A stretch of DNA of 62,244 nucleotides, filler included, from Ionaspis alba (lineage: Eukaryota), in the NCBI GenBank assembly GCA_964255285.1. It is 2 parts of 2 records of this genome, joined end to end, with 100 filler letters (N's around TTAATTAATTAA, not from the genome) between each part and the next. Parts side by side here need not be neighbours in the genome. Positions count along the whole stretch, not along the records: positions 31,178 to 62,244 come from CAXUUL010000111.1; 1 more part is not named here. One strand, 5' to 3'. Below, one piece after another: positions 52,483 to 62,244 of this stretch. The notes under the pieces were generated by a model. That model ran no database searches. It saw nothing but the letters and a program-made list of their open reading frames with translations, and had not been told where the DNA came from. How positions within the stretch are numbered: position 1 is the first letter of the stretch; every line of letters starts with the position of its first letter. Both the position numbers and the translations under genes were made by a program.

Positions 52483-53455
52483 GCTGTGATGGGAAGGCGG
52501 ATATGACGAGAGGTCCTAGGAAGGAGGCAGCGGTGTAGCCAGAGCTACACCAACAGTTGGGCTGGTGAAGATGATGGGCATCGATTTTGTACATAGGGGA
52601 GGTCCTGCTCTTGTATGGCTGTGGAATGTCCAACCTTGGTGTTCATCATGTTCTCACTCTTGTTACGGCTTTATGACAATGCTATGACATTTGCTAAACT
52701 ATGCTATGCTTTTTTGTTACACTGGAGAGTACCGTCCTTTTAGCGGCATAGGGGCTGGTCGATCGTTGCAACAACCGCGATAGTAGAAGAGTATCTGTTG
52801 AGGTCAAACACTGCGGAACCTTGTGATGGACATTTCTCTTTCCGAGGTTCCAATCTCGGCTCCCTTTCATTGAAGAAGTAGGCACACCTTGAAGATCATG
52901 TTTGCTCAAGATAGAGGAACTAATTATCTCAGCTTGATATTGGCATGACTTGAACGTCGATTAACCTTGTCACCCAAAGAAACAGATTATTCGAGACTTA
53001 CAGATTGATTCCCAGGGAACTACGAATGAAATGTGATGTACTCTCTGTCCCAGATACTATTAGCAGCATTAGCTGGTATCCAGGAGGTTTGAATCCACAC
53101 CAGAATCCCGCCTGCATTGCAAAGTTCAGCAGCTTTTCAAAACGATTCGCGCTCGTAATAGCATGACGCCTACGACATCTAAATATAGGGAGCTTGATAT
53201 AGTAGTATAGTTTCAATAATCATTCTCGTATCCATGAAGGGGACATCGCGAACTTTTCGCCTATTCGCTTAGCTTTCCCACAAAACCGACCTAGGGTTTC
53301 TTTGCATGTAGTCCACCAAAACCGACGTCGCTCTTTCAGCTTCAATGACATCCCACTGAAAGCACCTTTACCTGTAAGGAATAATCCTTCGGCTGTCGAG
53401 GATCATAAGCTCACTATTTGTTCCCTATAGAGATTCATCAGCTTCTCTGCCCAGC

Positions 53456-54708
53456 ATGGCGGAGCAATTGGTGATGCGCGGTACCCTTGTGGGCCACTCT
53501 GGATGGGTTACCAGCTTAGCAACATCGTTGGAGAAGTACGTTGAGGCTGCTTCGGAGTGAACAGAAGGCGAAGTTCTGACGATCAATCAGCCCCAATATG
53601 CTCCTATCTGGAAGTCGCGACAAGTCCCTCATTATCTGGAACTTAACCCGCGACGAACAAAACTACGGATATCCGAGGCGAAGTCTCCACGGTCACTCTC
53701 ACATCGTTTCCGACTGCGTACGTACAGAATAGGGGCAAGTTGGAGGTGTCACTAATCAACCCTGTCTTAGGTCATCTCCTCGGACGGCGCTTACGCCCTT
53801 TCTGCCTCATGGGACAAAACCCTTCGTCTCTGGGAACTCTCCACCGGTGCGACTACTCGTCGATTCGTCGGCCACACCAACGATGTCCTATCAGTCTCGT
53901 TTTCCGCCGACAACCGTCAAATTGTTTCAGGGTCGCGTGATCGAACTATCAAGCTGTGGAATACCCTAGGAGATTGCAAATTCACTATTCAACAACAGGG
54001 CCACACGGAGTGGGTATCGTGCGTTCGTTTCAGCCCGAACCCATCGAACCCTGTTATTGTCAGCGCTGGATGGGATAAGCTCGTCAAGGTACGTACAGAT
54101 ATCCTGGGGAGATGAGTTAAGCTCCCGGTCACAGGATGCACTGCAATCTACAAAGTATTTGCTACTTCAGAGCCTCCGGGCTATGAGACAATCATTCACC
54201 AATGCACTGATGACTTCTTATACCACACGTTCAGGATATTCTTAGTAGGATACCGCTTAGGCTAAAATTTTCGAATCTACAGGTATGGGACCTTGCCTCC
54301 TGCCGCATCCAAACTGATCACATCGGCCATACCGGCTACATCAATACTGTCACTATTTCCCCTGATGGATCCCTCTGCGCTTCCGGTGGCAAAGACGGCA
54401 CAACCATGCTCTGGGACTTGAACGAATCCAAGCACCTTTATTCACTTTCCGCTGGCGACGAGATCCACGCACTTGTCTTTTCTCCCAACCGCTACTGGCT
54501 GTGCGCTGCCACCTCCAGCAGCATCATTATCTTCGATCTCGAGAAGAAGAGCAAGGTCGATGAGTTGAAGCCTGACTATACTGCCGTTGGCAAGAAGAGC
54601 AGGGAGCCGGAGTGTGTGAGTTTGGCATGGAGCGCGGATGGGCAGACGCTGTTTGCTGGATACACTGACAACCTCATTCGTGCTTGGGGGGTTATGTCAA
54701 GAGCTTAA
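53456..54708 (+). CDS. ASC1: RACK1/Asc1/CpcB WD40 ribosomal scaffold, 4 coding exons
   Basis: [72 protein letters not shown]. Confidence 0.98.
54128..54214 (+). ncRNA. snR24: Box C/D snoRNA U24 (snR24) in the RACK1 intron 54089-54282
   Basis: Guide TATTTGCTACT plus D' CAGA, C'-like ATGAGAC, CACCAA, D box CTGA and terminal GTCA/TGAC stem; U24 is known to be hosted in ASC1/cpcB introns. Confidence 0.88.
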
Positions 54709-54921
54709 GAGAACAAGTATGGGGGATTAGCTACTCAGATATGATNNNNNNNNNNNNNNNNNNNNNNNNNNNNNNNNNNNNNNNNNNNNNNNNNNNNNNN
54801 NNNNNNNNNNNNNNNNNNNNNNNNNNNNNNNNNNNNNNNNNNNNNACGGAGCTGCAGCCAGGCATGATAAGGGCCTGCATCCGACCATCGCCCATTCTTT
54901 TCAGTGCCAGTCTCTATAAGC

Positions 54922-56266
54922 TCATCCACCAACGCTGCCAATCCTCCGCAGCCCTTCATCTGCCCTCTCGACCCCCTCCCCAAATCCAATCGCCCGACTC
55001 AACCCTTTCGCCTCCTCATACCGCCTCTGCGCCTCTATCAAGTCCCCATCCATCTCAGCAAACTCAGCCAGATTGTGCGTCGCTACCGCACACCCGATAT
55101 CGCACTCCTCTGTCCGATCCGGCGGCTTGAGCGCCGCGGCTACCTCTAATGACTTTCGTGCCCAGGCACGAGCGTTATCGACGAGCGCGGCTCGAGAGGG
55201 AGGAGGGGAAGAGGGAGATGGCGGAGGGACTTGTTGTGCTATTGAGGCGGCGAGGTTGTTCATTATGACGATGGCGTGACAGGTTGATTCGGGATGGAGG
55301 GAAAGGATGCGAAGGTAAAGAGGGGCGGAGAGGTAATGTTTTGATTGTTGTTCGTAGTGACTTGCGAGTGCTGCGACGGGATGTTAGTTGTTTACTTGGT
55401 ACCTGCAACGAGGATATGTAATGATGCATGCATACATTCGAGGGCTCCTCCTATTTCCTCATGACTCATCCACGGACCCTCGCCTTCCTTCACGCCCTCG
55501 CTTTCTCGACGCTGAAGCTCTCGGAGGGAGGTCTCGACGCCTTCGACGAGACTCTTCTCGGCCGCTTCTGGGTCTCCGACGTACTCATTCGCGTAGAGCT
55601 CGCCGAGTTTGACACTGATACCCACGGTCTTACCTAGCACCCTTGTCCTGTCTCCTGCTCGCCCATCCAGCTTCGAGATTGTGTCCACGTACTTCAGGCA
55701 ATCAGCTCGCACTATTTCTAGCACGTCGATTGCTTTCTGGTAATGATGCACCTTCTCCATAAGCGCGGCAAGCTGGATCTTTATGCCGATGATCTCATCG
55801 CTGAATTGGTCCATCCCAACTTCTGCAGCGACTCGGAGCGCTTGTCGGTAGTATTCGACGGCTTTCTTTGGGTTGAGCTCAATATTGGTGTAGAAGAGTG
55901 CTCGACGCAACTTGATAGCAACTGGCTCCGGATATTTACGAAAGTCTCCTATTATGTACGTCTGGTAGATATAGCCAGTGTATAGAAGAGAGGCGGCACC
56001 AGTGAGGATGCTAGAGCTTATTAGTGGGCGGTATTGTAGTGAGACCAGCGAGTTTACAAGAAAGATGCTAGGGAAACGGAGAAAGGGTGTTGTCTGAACA
56101 GCTTTTTGGCAGATTCGCGAGTGGTAAGATGCCTTGCTTGAGGCCATTGCCGTTGAGAGGCTCGAAGGAAGAGCGGCGGGGGCAGAGGGTTCTGGCATTG
56201 AGAGATTCGGGTTGAAGGAGACCGATAGGCTGACCGAAGGACTTGTGGGAAAGCTCTGGAAAACAT
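54922..56266 (-). CDS. Mitochondrial inner-membrane TPR protein (Mgr3-like), 3 exons
   Basis: Presequence, one TM segment, YPEPVAIKLRRALFY, TPR-like helices, MNNLA and EECDIGCAVATHNL. Confidence 0.75.
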
Positions 56267-56498
56267 GGCCAAAATATGGGAAATGGATATCTTCAAAATT
56301 GCTTTCTCCAGAGTCCTAGAAATCGAATGGCTGTAATCGAAACCCTCCCACTCATCCTCAGGTCGCAACCTCGGATGACGTAGTATTGAAGTTCCCGACT
56401 TTCAGCGTGTATCTCTCTGTCAGATTCGAACGGCATGTTCGGAAACTCAGTATATCAAGACTGTTGCCATGAATTAACTTAATGACAAGTCATTGACA

Positions 56499-57893
56499 AT
56501 GTGTGGCAGATATGCGCTTGGAATTGTAAGCTACTGCCCTCAAGTGTCATACTGTACGAAGTCATTAACAACCTATACAGCGGGCCGCTTTCGTTCGGTA
56601 TCAGCTCCAAAATGATGGTATGCCTGTGGATGACGCGCCGGAGGACGATGAATTACGCCAGACCTACAACTTTGCACCTGGCTACCATGGGCTAGTTTAC
56701 AGAGCTGATGTGCCAGACTACGGTGCTGGTCCGCATTCACAAGACCGCGGAGACGCCGGCGAAGACAGTTCTCAAAACCATCAATCCGCGGAGAGCGTGA
56801 AAGAAATCAAATACAAATTGCAAGCTATGAAATGGGGTGGGTTATATCTCTCGTATGCCAAAGGGGAAGGACTCGCAACTAAATCTATCTCTTTGCTAGG
56901 TCTGGTCCCATTCTGGACGAAGCGAAATCCGGACTACGGAAGTGTCATGAAAACCATCAATGCCCGTGATGATTCTCTGGTTGAGAATCGTGGAATGTGG
57001 AATACCATGAAACAGAGGAAGCGCTGCATTGTGGTTGCCCAGGGATTCTATGAGTGGCTCAAGAAAAATGGCGGAAAGGAAAAAATACCTCACTATACAA
57101 AACGGAAGGACGGTAAGCTGATGTGCTTCGCTGGTCTGTGGGATTGCGTCAAATACGAAGGTAGGTTATGGTGTCTACCTATGGATCTTTAATGTGGTAT
57201 ACTGATACATCGCTAGGCTCCGAGGAGAAGCACTACACGTATACCATCATTACAACCGATTCGAACAAGCAGCTTAAATTTCTGCACGACCGGATGCCAG
57301 TGATTCTGGAGAACGGCTCCGACCAGATCCGGACTTGGCTCGATCCCAGCCGCTCGGAATGGTCGAAGGAGCTCCAGTCATTGCTCAGACCATATCCAGG
57401 AGAGCTAGAATGCTATGCCGTTAGCAAAGAGGTGGGTAAGGTCGGAAACAATTCTCCCGCATTCATAGTGCCCGTCGCCAGTTCAGAGAACAAGAGCAAT
57501 ATTGCGAACTTCTTCTCAAACCCTAAAAGTCCTGTCAAAAAGAAAAAGGAGGAAGAGTTAGTGAAGGAGGAGGATGTCGCACCGAAGAAGGACGAGCAAG
57601 AGGATCGCGATACGGTTGATGAGCCAAGAATTGAAGACAATGCACCAATGCCAAAAGCAGAAGCAAGGTCACCCACTCAATCACCAAACCTGAAGAGAGA
57701 GCGAGAAGAGGATGAAGAGGGAGCAGGTAGTCCAGCGAAAAAGATGTCAAAGCCCTCCAGCCAACCGAAACTTTCCGAGAAAACAACACATAGGAAGACG
57801 AGAAGCGCAACTAGTAATGGGACAACAGCGAAAGGTAGTCCAACCAAGGCTAGCGATGGAAGTCAACGCATCACCAACTTCTTCAACAAATGA
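56499..57893 (+). CDS. HMCES: SRAP-domain abasic-site protein (HMCES/YedK/DUF159)
   Basis: N-terminal MCGRY (catalytic Cys2), YNFAPG, MKWGLVPFW, INAR, GFYEW, HDRMPVIL; C-terminal PIP-box-like QRITNFF. Confidence 0.93.
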
Positions 57894-59468
57894 GCCTTTG
57901 AAAGCTTGCCAGGAAAGGATATATTACTCGTACGTCAGTGCTCAAACGATACGTCGAAATCCCATGACCAACGCTGGCTGCGGAACATTTTCGACATGGA
58001 TATCTAGAGATGCAGGGGAAGCAAAAGCTGTATCACCCCAACTAGCAGAAGAGCGATCCTCTATGATTCGCGAGCGCGCGCATCATGTCGGTATGCTTCC
58101 AAAAACGGGTCGTCTTCCGCGCGGGAAACAGTGGCCTTAAGCAAGACATGTACCTCAGCACAGGCAGGAAACTGCATGCTTTGGGCATCCATCAACTCGC
58201 AAGGAGAGGGAAACTCTGTCAGCCACCTCGCATGTAGTTAGGGTTGGTGCCACGCACATTCGGAATCCTTCTGCGGAAGCCAAATCGCGGCCAGCTACTG
58301 AGCCCGGCCCGAACTGCGGCAGTATCTTCAGTGGATCACAGCGACTGGCCGTTCGTGCTTGGTCTCTGCAGCTGGAGCTTCCTTGCATTTCTCGAAGCTC
58401 ACCTGCAGGCTCGACCTTTTCTCCTCCAACAAACAACCCATACCTTCGATCTGTAAGCGCTTAGGAATCCGGCACATCCCGCATCTTTAAAGCACAATTT
58501 CTGTATTCTAGTCTTTCTACTCGTCGGACGCTCAGCTTGTAAGGTCCGTCTCAACAGCAGTCCCACCCTGCGCACACTCTTCATTCTATCCATTTGCACA
58601 AATGGGAAAGCATGGAAGACGATGTGATATCCGCCAGTTATGCATGTGGCCGTCCTCTCCACACTGTGGGCTCTATCAACGGTATCCCTCATCCCTGATG
58701 GTTGACGGTCGAAGTGCGTTCCATGTTCCATGGTTCTGTAGATCCTCCGCTTCAAGCCCTCTAAATTCTCCAAAACTCTCCAAATCCTCCACCTTCCCGC
58801 CCCGCGCCCTTCTTTACCAAGACCTTGAGCCACTTTCTCTCCATCCACACACTACTGTGACAGAGCCTGATACGTAGATTTCTTCTACTTTCCCAAAGCT
58901 CTGAAACACTTCCGGAAGTCTCGGCTCCGTACGATATACACCCACGATAGAGTAATACGCACGGCGCTGCGCCTCACGACGGGACGAGAAGTTTGATCTT
59001 CCTGCATTTCTATTCCTGTCGCTACTGGTCTGCTTGAGCCGTGATCGTATCCAGGCTTTGAGAAGGTAGATACGAAAACAGCGCATTGAAGGGTGCGGCA
59101 TAGCTTGGGAGGGTGTGTGCACGCTCCGAACCCCTCCAAGTTTCGGAACCTCATCTAATGTCCATGCCCAGGCTATCTATCAGGTCGAGAGCGACGCAAC
59201 TAAACCAACAAGACCATGATCGCGCTCGCGCTTCCACTTGCGCTTTTTCGACAGAGTCGCTTCCCAAAGGATTAACATTCCATTCCTCATTTGTTTGATC
59301 AGGCATTATGTTCCAGTACTAGATTTTGAATCATCCAATAATTCCTGGAGCTCTCACAAGTCACTGGCAGAGAATTTACCTTGATTCATTTTGTTCATGG
59401 GAAAGGGGACCTAAGGCGCACCGAAGATACCCCATTACATTTGTTCTTGAGCTATCTATTTTTTCAAG

Positions 59469-62244
59469 ATGTTCACTTCTTCTTCTCTAGGAAATAACTT
59501 CCCTCAATTTGAGACTCGAAAAGCTCTGGTCGTCCTCAATTTACAGAACGACTCATTCGATAAGATGGACAATCTGATCGTTTGTCAACCTACAGACTTC
59601 GTCGAGAGGATCAAGGCCATGATTCCTTTCTTTCGGAGAACGGGAGATATCGTCTGGGTCCGGACGGAATTTGAACTGAAATCTCCCACGCCCCCTGGCC
59701 AAGACCAAGCCCGACCGGATGAGGTGAATACGCAACAGACTGCCAGTCTCACTTTAGAAGATTCAGTGGAGGATAAGCGGCCTCCCGAGGACAGGAATCC
59801 TGACTCGGTCTACTGGAGGACAAGTCGAACCAAAGCCGTGATGAGACGAGCTTCCGCCAAGACCCGCGCAGACCAACGAGCGGAGCAGATCGATGATTTC
59901 TACAAGACGGATGATGATGTTGACGTAGAGGCATATCTTCGAAAACCGAGAAAAGGCCAACTCCCTTCGCTCTACTGTCCAGGCACCCGTGGCGCTGCAC
60001 TTACAGATGACGTACTTCCTTACGTGGACCATGCAAAGGATATGATGGTTGTCAAACATCATTACTCAGCACTGGACTCGACCCCGCTGCTGTTGTCTCT
60101 ACGAATGAAGCTCGTGACGCATCTCTATCTCTGCGGCTGTCTAAGCAATGTTTCAATCTACGCAACAGCGGCCGACGCTGTTCGACATGGATTCGAAGTC
60201 ACCGTGGTTGAAGATTGCATGGGCTATCGAAGCGAGGAGAAGCATCTTGACGCCATGCGGCAAATGGCCGACATGCTCGGCGTTTCGGGTATCGACAGCG
60301 AAGAAATCATCGACGAAGCGGGTGGGCGGGCCCCACCTGATGCCGACGTGAATATGTTCTCAGGACCTGGAATCGAGGGCATTAACCCTCAGCCGTCAAC
60401 TATTTCAAGCAAGCAAGACTCATTGCTGCCCGATGGGCAATCGAAAACTGTCAACGAGTCCATGCAGAACAACGACACAATGACTTCTAGATCTGCTATC
60501 ATCAGTGTTGACAGTGCTGAAGTTGAAAGCGCGAACGATGCCTCGGTAGAAGATCTCTCATCGAGCGTGAGAGGATCTTCACCTGGTCATTCCAATAACA
60601 TCGCGTCTGCTCTGCGAGAGATTAAAGCTAAGCGTTCCCCGCAGCCAATGTTGGGACCGAAGGACCACATCGGCGAGGGTGACTCTAAGATCATTACAGA
60701 AGCCTTGTCGCCTTCACTAAGTTCAGACGTGTTCAACAAGATCAAAGAAGAAGTGACCTGGCAGACCATGCACCACAGAGGCGGAGATGTCCCACGAAAG
60801 GTTGCTGTACAAGGCCATATTGGTGATGATGGCAGTAAGCCGATATATCGGCATCCGGCAGACGAGTCACCACCACTGATTGCGTTCACTGTGACGGTCG
60901 AGAAGATCCGACAAGAAGTGGAGGCTTTGATGCAACAAAAGTTCAATCATGCACTCATTCAGCTTTACCGAGATGGCCAGGACAACATCTCGGAGCATTC
61001 TGACAAGGTGAGTCATTGACGTTTCTGGATTGACGATGCTGGGACTAATAAGCTTCTGCTTATCTAGACGCTCGATGTGGTGCGTGGCACGAACATAATC
61101 AATGTGAGCCTTGGAGCGCAAAGAGTGATGACATTGCGAACCAAGAAAGTCAGAAACAGCGAAGCAGAGGACGAAGAGCCTGTCCCCAGAGAAATACAGC
61201 GGATTCCTCTGCCGCACAACTCGGTGTTCGTTCTCGGGCCGAAGAGTAATGCACGGTGGCTCCACGGCATTCGCGCCGACAAGCGAAGGTTGGCCGAGAA
61301 GTCACAGGAAGAGAGGGCATTCGGTGGCGAGCGGATATCCATGACGTTTCGACAGATAGGGACCTTCATTGACGAGAGCAACGGCAAGATCTGGGGCCAA
61401 GGTGCCGTGTCGAAATCCCACTTCAAAGCAGGTTCCATCTCAACAAGCAACAGCACGGAGATGGACTCGATGATCACAGCCTTCGGACGTGAGAACCAAC
61501 AAATAGACTTCGACTGGGACGCCGAATACGGCCGAGGCTTCAACGTCGTCAACCTCGTTTCCAAAGTCGCCAAGCTCTACCTCAGCAGCGATCCAATCTC
61601 CAACCTCCGCGTCCTGCTTTCCCTCTACGAGCGCTCCGTCCCCATCGACCTGCACCACAGCCCGCCGCCATCACCTTCCCTCCACGTCCCTCGAAGACCT
61701 TCGGACCCATCATCTCTGCTCAGCCTAGCCGGCACCGAAGACCCGATCTTCATCGACATCGACGAAAGCAATTCGCAAACCGTGGGCGACCTACCCATCC
61801 TCTTCTACCTCGCCAAATTCTACCCTCTCGACACTCCCTTCTTATCCTCCGAAGCTTTCAGCCGGCAAACCCACCACCTCGCGTCCCAAGTCTTCAGCCG
61901 CGTCACCCAAGCCAACGAGCTGCTCTTCCTCTGGCAGGAACTGCGCGGCTCCTGCATGACCGGCTCAACACGCAGCACACATTCCTTACGGCGATCTCCC
62001 AATGCAACGGCTGCGGCAGTCGCGGGGCCGGACTCGGGATATCCGGTGGAGGAGTTCAAGCGGGAGATGCTGGTTTGGGAGCAGTATGCGTCTGAGGCGG
62101 AGTTTATGGGTGGGGAGGTCTTCACCATTGTGGATTGTGCGGTTTGGCCTGTGCTGGATCGCATTGTGAGGGAGTGGGAGGGGTGGAATGAGAGGGGATG
62201 GAGTGCTTTGGCGGGGTATTGGAGGAGGGTGGACGGGAGGGAAG
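59469..62244 (+). CDS. Isochorismatase-like + AlkB-type 2OG-Fe(II) oxygenase + GST-like fusion protein, 3'-truncated by the window edge
   Basis: ALVVLNLQND..K..YSAL..YATAADA; FNHALIQLYRDGQDNISEHSDK|TLD, WLHGI, RISMTFR; GST-like NLRVLLSL...GDLPILFYL and EFMGGEVFTIVDCAVWP; intron 61008-61067. Confidence 0.85.

Noticed and set aside
52694..53250. Possible small spliced gene or ncRNA between COX9 and RACK1
   Set aside because: Isolated splice-like signals, but no coherent reading frame or box motifs could be assembled
58234..58246. AACCCTAAC on the minus strand as a telomerase RNA template
   Set aside because: Single short match; a roughly 2-kb TER from here would run antisense through HMCES, and no supporting structure was seen

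Overview
Gene-dense, intron-rich nuclear DNA from a filamentous ascomycete (Pezizomycotina-type GT-AG introns with CTRAC branch points). It holds about 30 mostly conserved genes, including RPS1, a URC1-type GTP cyclohydrolase II, ELF1, UPRT, WAPL, Rheb, SerRS, a C78 peptidase, a sucrose-type transporter, ITPA, AK6, COQ8, MID1, atfA, U1-C, wetA, SDH5, ERV25, NCE102, MIM2, COX9, RACK1 with intronic U24 snoRNA, HMCES and an isochorismatase-AlkB-GST fusion. I recognised no transposons, tRNA/rRNA or CRISPR. An artificial TTAATTAATTAA linker at 31122-31133 means the two halves may not be adjacent in the genome, and several 100-N gaps have duplicated 55-bp flanks. The most striking observation is in the U1 snRNP-C gene: it appears to need a U2-type AT-AC intron (ATAAGT...CTAAC...AC) followed by a 6-nt micro-exon to encode its conserved KFFCDYC zinc-finger start, which suggests a splice-site-fidelity autoregulatory circuit. 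All gene models were spliced by eye and family calls come from recalled motifs, not database searches.
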